In this document: one piece after another, positions 19,681-28,513 of the stretch | Layout of the letters: the number at the start of each line of letters is the position of its first letter | Numbering within the stretch: the stretch's first letter is position 1 | From: Clostridiales bacterium | Lineage (GTDB): Bacteria; Bacillota; Clostridia; Lachnospirales; Lachnospiraceae | Assembly (NCBI GenBank): GCA_021202175.1 | Contig: JAJQDO010000010.1 | Coordinates: 1 to 61,848, forward strand | DNA length: 61,848 nt | Direction of reading: 5' to 3' | Translations under genes and position numbers: made by a program | Notes under the pieces: generated by a model | The model's input: the letters and a program-made list of their open reading frames with translations, nothing else | Databases searched by the model: none | What the model was told of the DNA's origin: nothing

Positions 19681-21186
19681 TCACTTAGCTGCGCTCATGC
19701 GCTTGCGGGTGATGAGCAGGACAGCCGCACCGAGAACCAACACACCGCCCACGATGTAGAAGATAGTGGTACCCATGCCGCCAGTGGAAGGCAACTCTGA
19801 GCCTTTGTAATTGGTGATGTTCGTAGAAATCGTGCCATCAGAGGTACTGGTGGTAAAAGATAAGCCCGTACCGGAAATGGTGTTGCCATCAGCGTCCTTG
19901 ATGACCAAAGAAGTGATACCATCCTCGGTGTGCGAAGCTTCGATGGTGAAATAGAGGTCATCCATGGTGTTATAGCCATCGGGAGTTGTAGTTTCAACCA
20001 GCTTATACTGGCCATCATCCAAGCCTTCCCAAGTAAAGGTGGTCAGACCATCACCGGTAATTTCTTTTCCCACAACCTCATAGGTTTCAGTGTCGGCATT
20101 ATACTTGTATAAAGTGAAGCCAGCGTCCTTCAGGGCATTACCCTCAGAATCAACCTTGTTCACGGTCAGGGTGAAGGTAAAAACAGTGGTGATATCCTCA
20201 GGCGTAGAGCCAGTGGAGTCTTCATCATATGGATTATTTGAATATTCCACATAGGCCTTGTTATTTTCCTCATAGGAAGCATTGTCATTCAGTCCAGCGG
20301 TGTAGGTCACTACAACTTCGGTGCCGGAGGTAAGGGACAGACCCTCGATATCCAACAGGTCAGAAATAGTGATGGTGATAGTGGTTTCACCGGTAGTCTC
20401 GTCAGTAGTGTAAGCTACAGTGTAGTCCTCCGCACTTAGGGTAACATTGCCGACTTTGACAACCACATCATTATTGAAAGTCAGGCCAGAGGATAGAGTA
20501 TCGTGGAACACCAGTTTGTAACTGGTATAGAGGCTCAGGTCGCTGGGCAAGGTAGCTGTCAGAGTGAAAGGAACATCATCGCCGATGTCGTAGTCAGCGG
20601 AGTCAGTGTCGCCCTGCGTGGTGGTATTGTCGGAATCGTTGACATCAGTAACAGTTTTGTCAAACGTAGGAGTGCCGTTGGTCTTCGGATCTACGTTAAC
20701 ATCGTCAACCACTTCCAAGATGTAATCGGTATACTCACCGTCGGCAGGAACGGTGGTGTTCACAATCAGATAGTAGCCAGCATCATCAACGGTAATGGTG
20801 TAGGTGCCATCACTCTGTTGTACGGAGGTGGTACCGCTGGTCACATAATCGGCCACGATAGCGGCGAATGCAGCAACATCCTCTGCGTCTTCAATCTTCG
20901 CGGCGATTTCAGCAGCGTCAGTCGTGCCATAGGTGTCGTTCAGAGCGGCCAAGAACTGCTCATTAGAAGAACCTATACCAGTGCCCCAGGTGATGTTGGA
21001 CAGAGTATTGCCATCTTCGGAAAGGTCACCAGCAAAAATCTGATAAGCGGTGTACACATAGCCGCTGGTGGAGTTGTTAATGGTAATGGTATAACCATCA
21101 CCATCTGCCGCAAAAGCGGTGACGTTCATGGCGAAAACCATGACCAGAGCCAGCAGAACACTGGCAAACTTTTTCATCTTTCTCAT
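19681..21186 (-). CDS. Major backbone pilin (SpaH/EbpC-like, isopeptide D2 domain)
   Basis: Signal peptide; VDPK pilin motif; FDKTV..ADYDIGD; NNKAYVEYSNNP; E-box YKLVETTTPDGYN; LPSTG plus TM plus RKR. Confidence 0.92.
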   Translation of the reverse strand: MRKMKKFASVLLALVMVFAMNVTAFAADGDGYTITINNSTSGYVYTAYQIFAGDLSEDGNTLSNITWGTGIGSSNEQFLAALNDTYGTTDAAEIAAKIEDAEDVAAFAAIVADYVTSGTTSVQQSDGTYTITVDDAGYYLIVNTTVPADGEYTDYILEVVDDVNVDPKTNGTPTFDKTVTDVNDSDNTTTQGDTDSADYDIGDDVPFTLTATLPSDLSLYTSYKLVFHDTLSSGLTFNNDVVVKVGNVTLSAEDYTVAYTTDETTGETTITITISDLLDIEGLSLTSGTEVVVTYTAGLNDNASYEENNKAYVEYSNNPYDEDSTGSTPEDITTVFTFTLTVNKVDSEGNALKDAGFTLYKYNADTETYEVVGKEITGDGLTTFTWEGLDDGQYKLVETTTPDGYNTMDDLYFTIEASHTEDGITSLVIKDADGNTISGTGLSFTTSTSDGTISTNITNYKGSELPSTGGMGTTIFYIVGGVLVLGAAVLLITRKRMSAAK

Positions 21187-21492
21187 AAAAAAACTCCTTT
21201 ACTTAAAAATGTGTTAAATAGTGGATAGGAACGGGGTATTGTTGCCAGATCCGATGATGGAAAGACGATTTACCCATCAGGTGAGCTTCGCACGATATTC
21301 CTTCTCTTCCTCTGGTGTCTATACAAAAGGCAGATTGCGCCACACAGCAATCCCACCATTGTATATGGATTTTATATGGATCGTTTCCTGTGCTCTGGAT
21401 GCGCAGTTGACGCAAGGTTCCGTCTCGGATGCCCGCGGCACATGCATTTGGAATAACTTTTCATACTGACATTCTCCTCATCCTTTTTGGTT

Positions 21493-22110
21493 TTATCGAA
21501 TCAGGGAGAGGCGATTTAAAGGCCACATCCTGAAAATCACCTTTCCCACGATCTGATCTGTCTCTATACAGCCGATCGCTGTGCTTCGGGAATCTATCGA
21601 AGTGGTTCGGTTGTCCCCCATAACGAAATATCTCCCATCAGGAACCTGATAAGGGTATTCGCGGTCACTTTCACCCAATGCTTTCTCCGTCACATACGAC
21701 TCATTGAGCAACTCATCATTGACATAGACGTTTCCCTTGTCGTCGATATCCACAATGTCCCCCGGCCCGGCGATGACACGCTTTAGCAGCAGCTTGTTCT
21801 GGTAGTAGAATCCCACCAAGTCGCCGGTCTCGAAGTCACCGGTCTTTATCAGAACAATCACATCCCCATCCTCCAGAGTCGGCTCCATGCTAGTGCCGGA
21901 TACCTGCAAAACCGGCAGAAACATGGTTGCAATCAGCACGGCCACCGCTGCCACCACAATCAACGCATAAATCGTTGTCCGGATGGTCTGCCGGTATCTT
22001 TTCTGGTATTGCAATCGTTCTCGTTCGGCGGCTACTTCCTCCGCAGTGGGGATGTCCGTCATCTGTGGGATGCGCTGGCTCATATGCGTATTCTGTTCGT
22101 TCCTGCTCAT
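21493..22110 (-). CDS. Pilus-associated signal peptidase I
   Basis: SGTSMEPTL (Ser), LLKRVIA (Lys), GDNR..SIDSR. Start uncertain (22110 or 22137). Confidence 0.88.
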   Translation of the reverse strand: MSRNEQNTHMSQRIPQMTDIPTAEEVAAERERLQYQKRYRQTIRTTIYALIVVAAVAVLIATMFLPVLQVSGTSMEPTLEDGDVIVLIKTGDFETGDLVGFYYQNKLLLKRVIAGPGDIVDIDDKGNVYVNDELLNESYVTEKALGESDREYPYQVPDGRYFVMGDNRTTSIDSRSTAIGCIETDQIVGKVIFRMWPLNRLSLIR

Positions 22111-22292
22111 TTCACAACCTGCTCCTGAACCGATCAACCGGTACTATTTTGTTGATACTACACTGAGACATTCTACTGCACCTCTTTTACTCCACAGGCA
22201 ACGATCTACTTTCTACCCTCCCGCATATGGGCAGTAAGCTTCGGATACCTTCCCATGATTTTCTTGGCTTCCCGAACAAAGCAGACCTGCTG

Positions 22293-22691
22293 TTACTTGA
22301 CATCCTGCACTGTCTTATCTCGCAACTCATCGTATTCAAGTTCCATCTGCCGGATGCGTTCCGCCGCCCTATCCGCTTCTGTCTGGGCAGCGATTAACAT
22401 CTCATCTGCCTGCCGTTGCGCGTCCGCCAGAATCTCCGCCGCTTCCTCATCAATATTCCACAGGGAATCCAAATACTGTCGGGCAGCGGCCTCGGCATCC
22501 TCAAAAACATGGTTCAGACTCATAGCCGCTTCCGCGATGGACCCCGCATTCTCCATACGCAAGAACTTGTCGTCCAACTGGCAGTGCAGCTTTTCATTTT
22601 CCTCACGCAGTGACCGTTCGTTTTGCTGTAAAGCGTAAATAATCTCAATCAGTTCTGTGCGGTTCATTTTGCGCAATTCTTTGTCTGCCAT
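22293..22691 (-). CDS. DivIVA-like coiled-coil hypothetical protein
   Basis: Helical acidic/basic heptads (AAEILADAQRQADEMLIAAQTEAD); co-oriented with the pilus genes. Confidence 0.6.
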   Translation of the reverse strand: MADKELRKMNRTELIEIIYALQQNERSLREENEKLHCQLDDKFLRMENAGSIAEAAMSLNHVFEDAEAAARQYLDSLWNIDEEAAEILADAQRQADEMLIAAQTEADRAAERIRQMELEYDELRDKTVQDVK

Positions 22692-22826
22692 GGTTATGCC
22701 TCATTTCTTGTTTTTGCTTCCTGTCGTCATCATTTGTTCCGGCTACGCTTAAAACGCAAAAAATCCGGACCGATCTTCTTGTACCATGGGACGCTCACAC
22801 GTTGTATTTCCACAGGTAGTTTAGCC

Positions 22827-22919
22827 TCAGCCTTTTTTGCAGTTTAGACAGACCCATTCTCCCTCCGGCACATATGCACCGCACATAACACAGGTGTCTT
22901 CCATCAAGTAATATTTCAT
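22827..22919 (-). CDS. 30-aa Zn-ribbon micro-protein (not in the ORF track)
   Basis: MKYYLMEDTCVMCGAYVPEGEWVCLNCKKG*; two CxxC pairs; GAAGGTGA RBS before the ATG. Confidence 0.65.
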   Translation of the reverse strand: MKYYLMEDTCVMCGAYVPEGEWVCLNCKKG

Positions 22920-23101
22920 ATCACATCACCTTCAGCGCACATCAATTCTGTTCTCCCTTTTAATTAGGGAATGCGCAAAACACACAACAAATCATGAATA
23001 TTTGTCCCGGTTCTTGGTATAATACAGTCATCGCCGGATACAATGCTCAAATGAAGAAGTCAACGCCTATGTAACGGAGACAATATATGCTTCCGCTTAC
23101 G

Positions 23102-23128
23102 TTGCTCTTTAAGTGTTCACCTATGCGA
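23102..23128 (+). repeat. Left inverted repeat of the invertible segment
   Basis: TTGCTCTTTAAGTGTTCACCTATGCGA matches the reverse complement of 24663-24689 at 25/27 positions. Confidence 0.85.
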
Positions 23129-23152
23129 ACAAAACACCGAAATCCCTGAAAA

Positions 23153-24340
23153 TCAGGCAATCTCCTGATATGCATGACCACTAATCTGACCACCGGCGTG
23201 AAAGCAGGACAGCTTATTGACCTGCGCTTTTTTCATATCCATAGAGGGATGAACGTAGCGCTGCAAGGTGATTTTCACATCAGAGTGCCCCATGATTTCA
23301 CTAAGGGATTTGATGTCCACGCCACTCTCCACGCAGCGGGTTGCGTAGGTGTGGCGGAGCGTATGGAAGGTGTGGTCTGCCACGCCTGCCCTGTGCAGCA
23401 GACGTTTGTAACGTTCAAGGCAGACTCTCGGCTCCATATATTTGGTGGTTCCCGTCACGACATAGCAGTCTCCATCCCTGCGGCGCTCCATTAAATACTG
23501 AAATACCGTAATTGGCAGTGGAATCGTGCGGATGGAACAGTCCGTTTTCGGCGTTCCAATGACCACTTTTGTCTTTGCGCCGTTCTGTCCGTCCATGTCC
23601 GTGATACGGTAAACGGTCTTATTAATCGAGAGTGTTCCGTTTTTGCCGTCAATGTCTTTCCATTGCAGGCCGCATACCTCGCCAATGCGGATACCACCAT
23701 AAAGTGAGAGCAACACGCCAAGGCCGAACGGCGTGTCTTCTTCCAGCACCTTTGCCTCCACCTTCGTCTGCTCCCACGCTGTCAATACGCTGGCGTCAGG
23801 CTGGCGGCTGGTCATGGACGGGCAATCTGGCACAGTGCGGAGCATTCCCTGTTTTTTTGCAAATCGGAGAATCTGCATCAAGACGGTCTTCATATCCGAG
23901 ATTGTCTTATCTGAGAGCGCACCGCCGCCCAGCCGACCACTGATTTTCTTTTTCTCCAGAAATTTTGTCAGGCAGCTGCTGTCAATACTGCTGACAGGAA
24001 GCTCCCCCAACACAGGAAGGATGTGTTTCTCTGCCATGATGCTATAGCAGCTGTAGGTAGATTCCTTGACCCCTGATTTCTTAGAAAGCAACCATCCGGT
24101 CACGACATCCCGAAACGGTGTGTCTTCCATTCCGGTCTTCTCCGGGAGGGATGGGATCACATCCAGCCGCATAAGCTGCCTATTTTCCAAAAAGGATTTC
24201 TTCTTTTGCCGAACATCCTGATAGGAGCTGCCGTAGAAGTATTTGTAGTTAGTCTTTCCACAGATTGGTTTGCCCTGAACTACCCTGGCTTCCCATCTTC
24301 CATCTTGTCTCTTGCGAATGTTTTCTCCTCGTCTGCCCAT
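23153..24340 (-). CDS. Tyrosine recombinase/integrase, intact
   Basis: Arm-binding-type N-terminus (ENIRKRQDGRWEAR), core-binding domain, and catalytic GIRIGE, PKT, HTLRH, MGH, QRYVH. Confidence 0.93.
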   Translation of the reverse strand: MGRRGENIRKRQDGRWEARVVQGKPICGKTNYKYFYGSSYQDVRQKKKSFLENRQLMRLDVIPSLPEKTGMEDTPFRDVVTGWLLSKKSGVKESTYSCYSIMAEKHILPVLGELPVSSIDSSCLTKFLEKKKISGRLGGGALSDKTISDMKTVLMQILRFAKKQGMLRTVPDCPSMTSRQPDASVLTAWEQTKVEAKVLEEDTPFGLGVLLSLYGGIRIGEVCGLQWKDIDGKNGTLSINKTVYRITDMDGQNGAKTKVVIGTPKTDCSIRTIPLPITVFQYLMERRRDGDCYVVTGTTKYMEPRVCLERYKRLLHRAGVADHTFHTLRHTYATRCVESGVDIKSLSEIMGHSDVKITLQRYVHPSMDMKKAQVNKLSCFHAGGQISGHAYQEIA

Positions 24341-24375
24341 TGCTTTGACCTCACTTTCTTTATTTAGCGGCTTTT

Positions 24376-24405
24376 TGTGACAGAAATCGAAATTATACCG
24401 TCACA
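24376..24405 (-). promoter_or_regulatory. Recombinase -10 box inside an inverted repeat (candidate operator)
   Basis: TGTGACAG-N14-CCGTCACA dyad enclosing a minus-strand TATAAT at 24392-24397; no good -35. Confidence 0.45.
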
Positions 24406-24577
24406 TTTTTCTGCACAGATTAAATATGGCGGCGAACCTTGATAAAATAAAAAATGTAATAAGTAGTCAGTCACTCTGACCACGATTTTGACTATTGTCC
24501 CCTTATGTTTCCTATGATTCAGCCGACGGGGTTTCTTTAAAAATACATTTTTTGTAAGAAAATAGCCAAAATGACGA

Positions 24578-24606
24578 TTGACTTCAAAAGAATAAAAGGG
24601 TATAAT
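24578..24606 (+). promoter_or_regulatory. Near-consensus sigma-70 promoter inside the invertible segment
   Basis: TTGACT (24578-83), 17 bp, TATAAT (24601-06); A/T-rich upstream; points at the right IR. Confidence 0.8.
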
Positions 24607-24662
24607 GATGAAGTATGAAGGAATCGTCGTTTGAACCATGTCATTTCTGTTAAAAATTGGAA

Positions 24663-24689
24663 TCGTATAGGTGAACACTTAAGGAGCAA
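24663..24689 (-). repeat. Right inverted repeat of the invertible segment
   Basis: TCGTATAGGTGAACACTTAAGGAGCAA; reverse complement of the left IR with 2 mismatches. Confidence 0.85.
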
Positions 24690-24777
24690 TTGAATTTTAG
24701 TATCGACGTCTGTGGGTTGATTATGGCTTGTGCCAGCACCCAGAGATTTTTTTGCCATACTTTATTATGCAGGCCAA

Positions 24778-25068
24778 TACGAGAAGGAAGAATCTATCGA
24801 TTCATTTACAGACCGATTCTATCGATTCCCAACAAAGTTTGATGTCCATAAATACCGCATCATGGCAGATTTTGCAAACAATCTGCCAGCCGGTACAATA
24901 CTAGATGAGTTGGCCTATGCCATCCAAGGCAAAGGGACTTTCTAGAGATTTAAAGATAATATTCGCTACTATGACATTGAGCAACCGTGATATGATTACC
25001 AAAACGATGCATATAAACAGATTGCCATATGTTGGTACCAGGAAGAATGTCCGGAGTACGAGGAATAG
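24778..25068 (+). pseudogene. UPF0158-like gene remnant (5'-truncated, two in-frame stops)
   Basis: ...FYRFPTKFDVHKYRIMADF..AIQGKGTF*RFKDNIRYYDIEQP*YDYQ..AYKQIAICW..EYEE*. Confidence 0.65.
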
Positions 25069-25178
25069 GCTTCAAAAACGTTTTCAATCTGACGCATCCT
25101 TCTAACGTTGTTTTTGCCGACAAGTTCATTGTGTCGTGTCATTCACATAAAATAAAATTTCCTTTCTGATTTTTGGGC

Positions 25179-25212
25179 AAAAAATAACCGAGTACTGTCT
25201 AATGTACTCGGT
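25179..25212 (-). terminator. Intrinsic terminator/attenuator
   Basis: ACCGAGTAC-loop-GTACTCGGT followed by TATTTTTT on the minus strand. Confidence 0.6.
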
Positions 25213-25643
25213 CTAAAAGCGGAAGCCATGGCCTTCGCAAGAATATTTTTTATTATTTACTCTGTTTTCTTCAGACAAGCTCCTGTAGTTCCAGACGGGC
25301 ATAAACTCACCTCCCGTGTAAAGGACATGCCTACCCTTGTTATCCGGGTGAATTCCCTTGATTAAGAAAAGGATGCACCAAGCAGGCTATGCCCGGAAAC
25401 GGAAATCCGCGGGGTTTCTCCTTTGAATAACAACTACATCTGTCCCATATTAATTCTCCCTTTCTGTAAATGCAGAGCAACAAGGATGATCACGTTTTAC
25501 TGCGCAACTTCCGATTCTTGCGTTTTTCATTTAATATGCTATAATGATGCCTGTATGTCAGATTAAGAACGAGAAAGCGAAAGAAAACACACATGGATTG
25601 TCTAACTCTATGAATATCTTTTGCAGAAAGGTGGAAGCAAATC

Positions 25644-26378
25644 ATGATACTGGAAAGAGATTATCTCCCCATGTTTCGGGAATCGGAGGCCAATGGACTC
25701 ATTGGAATCAAGGGCTATCTCTATTATTTTCAAGATATAACAACGCAGTTTCTGCACAATCTCGGCAAAGGCAATGATACCCTGCCTGAAGAGTACGGCA
25801 TCTGCTGTATGTACGCAAAATACAGAATCCATGTAGAAAAACTAGTTGATTACACTTCTCCTGTGCACATGGAAACCTGGATGGAGAAGACCAACTCCCA
25901 CGCACTGCTCTACCAAGGGTTCACCATTAAAAAAAGCGGAGCCTTGATTGCGGCCGGCAGAGTGGAAAGTTGTTTCTTTGATATGAAACGAGGCCGCTTG
26001 ACAAAACCTTCGGCAGTCGATTTCCCGAAGGGGATGGAAGAAGATCAGCGAAATGACGTGGAGCCGTTCCGAAAGAAAATGCCAAAGTCCATAGACGATA
26101 TGGAATACCGTTACACCCATACCGTCCGCTATACCGATCTCGACAAAATGGGGCATATGACGAACTTAAAATACGTCGACCTTCTGCTCAATGCGTTTGA
26201 CAGCCAATTCTATAAAGCGCATATGGCTACGGATATGGAAATCCATTATGTCAATCAATGCTATGAAAGCGAAGCAATCAAGGTATACGCACAGGTGCAG
26301 GGAGAAAACATCTGGCTGCTCGGTGTGAAGGAAGACGGGGCCATTGCGGTACAGGGAATGTTAAGGACTGCGTCCTAA
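25644..26378 (+). CDS. Acyl-ACP thioesterase (double hot-dog)
   Basis: YFQD..., VHMETW, VRYTDLDKMGHMTNLKY. Confidence 0.85.
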   Translation: MILERDYLPMFRESEANGLIGIKGYLYYFQDITTQFLHNLGKGNDTLPEEYGICCMYAKYRIHVEKLVDYTSPVHMETWMEKTNSHALLYQGFTIKKSGALIAAGRVESCFFDMKRGRLTKPSAVDFPKGMEEDQRNDVEPFRKKMPKSIDDMEYRYTHTVRYTDLDKMGHMTNLKYVDLLLNAFDSQFYKAHMATDMEIHYVNQCYESEAIKVYAQVQGENIWLLGVKEDGAIAVQGMLRTAS

Positions 26379-26405
26379 ATCCCACGAAAAAGAGGTTTGT
26401 TGTAC

Positions 26406-26452
26406 TTTTTGCCACGGCTCACTCCATTCTCCCCAGCATAACTGGGGAGAAT
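26406..26452. repeat. 47-bp hairpin-containing repeat, copy 1
   Basis: 39/47 identical to 26962-27008; ATTCTCCCCAG-CATAA-CTGGGGAGAAT stem. Confidence 0.65.
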
Positions 26453-26521
26453 GCCTGCCGTTTTCTCAGAAAAAGAGGTTTTTTCTCAACAAGTCACGTC
26501 TTTCCTTGAAAAGAAATTTTT

Positions 26522-26875
26522 TCAGTTGAAGTTATCTCGTCCAAATATACAATCAAAGATCAATGTAAATGTGACTACAACGTTATAAACAGGAAAAATT
26601 CCAAACGTCAGACCATTCCAGATATACAGATAATATGATATCCCAAGATTCACTATGGCGCATATTAGAAATAGTCCTGTTTTCACTTCTCGTTTAAGAA
26701 CCAACAGAAAAATTAATAATGACATAAGCGCTGCAAATAAAACTTCAGTTAAAATCATAACCCATCCATTAAAAGTCTTATCTGCATAATTATCAGATAA
26801 TTTATAACAGACTGGATACAAGGTAGCCGCTATGATATTCAATATCAGCAAGACATAGATATTTATTTTTCTCAA
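26522..26875 (-). CDS. Hypothetical membrane protein (about 4 TM)
   Basis: Hydrophobic helices; TTG start with GAGGTG RBS; AT-rich. Confidence 0.6.
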   Translation of the reverse strand: MRKINIYVLLILNIIAATLYPVCYKLSDNYADKTFNGWVMILTEVLFAALMSLLIFLLVLKREVKTGLFLICAIVNLGISYYLYIWNGLTFGIFPVYNVVVTFTLIFDCIFGRDNFN

Positions 26876-26961
26876 CTAATCACCTCTATCTCACATACAA
26901 AAAATTTTAATACTTAATATTCTTACTCAATATTCTTATAGAAAACTTTATTTTATTGTCT

Positions 26962-27008
26962 TTTTTACCACGGTTTACTCTATTCTCCCCGGCATAGCCA
27001 GGGAGAAT
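26962..27008. repeat. 47-bp hairpin-containing repeat, copy 2
   Basis: See copy 1; the stem is retained with compensatory and G-U changes. Confidence 0.65.
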
Positions 27009-27027
27009 AGTTTTCATTTGCAGGTTT

Positions 27028-27926
27028 TTATTTTTTCAGAATAATCTTTCCTTTAAAACCATATTTCCTGACCTGTTTCTGAACAGTTCGGTTCTTTACA
27101 TATATCTTGCAAGTTTTCGGAATGCTGGAAAGGCTGCATTTTTTAATGCTCTTTGCATTGATATATACTTTCTTAAGAGCACTGCTGTTTGTATTGCCGC
27201 CAAAGCTTCCTCCCAGGCTCTTTACATTTTTGGGAAAGGTGAGGGTCTTTAATTTCGGCGTCTGACGGAAGACTCCGTACCCGATTTTTTTCACGGATTT
27301 GCCAATCTTCACAGAAGTCAGATTTTTCATATTTCGGAATGCATCCGCGCCGATAGACTTGACATTCTTGGTAATCACGATGGATTTTATCTGGTCGTCC
27401 CTGTAAAATGCATTTGCCGCGATCTCTGTCACCGTCTTTTTCACCTTATATTCACTCTTCGTACTGGCAACACTGTAGAGTGTCTTTCCATTCTTAGAAT
27501 AGATATCATTGTTAACCACTTTGATATAAGGATTGTCAGCGTCTACGGTAATCTCCACTGCCGGACACTCTCTCACTACCGGATATCTGTTTACATCCTT
27601 GGGAACGCAAAGGCTTTTTAATTTCGTACAGTCATAAAAAACCGCCCCGGAGATATCTGACGGATCTTCAAACACGATCTCTTCCAGATTTATGTAATGA
27701 CAGGCCGGTTCGGAAATGATCACTTCTTCCTGCCCATCCACATCATAAAGGGAGGCATTACAACTGCCGCTCCCAACATAGGCCTCATATCTGACACCAT
27801 TTAACACGAATTCTATTGGGTTGCTGTCTTCGCATTGAGCGTTCCTGCCGGGGAAAGGATGACAAATGCCATAATGGCAAGCGTTGGAAGAATATACATC
27901 CAGCATTTCTTTAAAATCTTATTCAT
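27028..27926 (-). CDS. BspA-type leucine-rich-repeat surface protein; signal peptide separated by a 1-bp frameshift
   Basis: LRR_5 repeats (VKSIGADAF, VKKIGYGVF). ATG 27926 with AAGGAGG RBS gives MNKILKKCWMYILPTLAIMAFVILSPAGTLNA in a different frame from ORF 27028-27906. Confidence 0.75.
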
Positions 27927-28062
27927 CAAGTTTCCTCCTTCTTTATATAATCTCTGGAACTATTGAAGTATTTGTCGTATATACAGTGGCTGAGCATACC
28001 TCTCCATCAGAAGATAAAAAACTATAAGTTGAAGTATTGGTTTTTGTTTTTTTCTTATTCTT

Positions 28063-28494
28063 TTACAACCCAATTATACTGCAATTGTTTACAAAATAAT
28101 CATACAACTCTCGAATAATTGATCGGTCGGTCTTAAACATAATACCATCAACAATTAATGTATTTCCAATAAGACCACATTTAATTTTTTTCGTATTTGT
28201 ACGCAATTCCAGTTCCTCATAGTACTCTACTTCCTTTTTCTTTTCCATTCTTTTGATTTTTATTTCGCGGAGTAAGTCAAAAACTTCTTCAATCTTTTTT
28301 TCATCATCAATGATATAAAGGTAATCATTTCTAACATCCAACCTGATATCAGTGACTTGTTCCTGCAGTTCCTGCGTAAAAACTTTTGACGCATTTTCAT
28401 ATTCGGTTTTTTCATCTAATACAACTACTCCAACAATAATAATTACTAAAAGTATAAAAGAAACTATAATAATCAGATTTCTTTTTTTCTTCAT
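28063..28494 (-). CDS. Hypothetical membrane-anchored protein
   Basis: KKKR plus hydrophobic N-terminal anchor; AT-rich. Confidence 0.6.
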   Translation of the reverse strand: MKKKRNLIIIVSFILLVIIIVGVVVLDEKTEYENASKVFTQELQEQVTDIRLDVRNDYLYIIDDEKKIEEVFDLLREIKIKRMEKKKEVEYYEELELRTNTKKIKCGLIGNTLIVDGIMFKTDRSIIRELYDYFVNNCSIIGL

Positions 28495-28513
28495 AAAAAA
28501 CACCTGTTCCCTA

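Larger units (their letters stand above)
23102..24689. mobile_element. Candidate invertible DNA segment carrying its own recombinase and an outward promoter
   Basis: 27-bp inverted repeats tightly enclose the recombinase gene and a near-consensus promoter. Confidence 0.75.

Noticed and set aside
22692-23101. c-di-GMP riboswitch in the pilus leader
   Set aside because: I could not find the class I or class II signature motifs by eye; an Rfam scan would be decisive.
11626-24340. Prophage or ICE bounded by two integrases
   Set aside because: No phage structural, relaxase or T4SS genes, and no flanking direct att repeats seen. The repeats around the intact recombinase are inverted.
25110-26500. 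IS-end-like motifs (TTTTTGCCGACAAGT near 25111, TTTTTCTCAACAAGT near 26480)
   Set aside because: Short, in the same orientation, and with no transposase remnant recognised.
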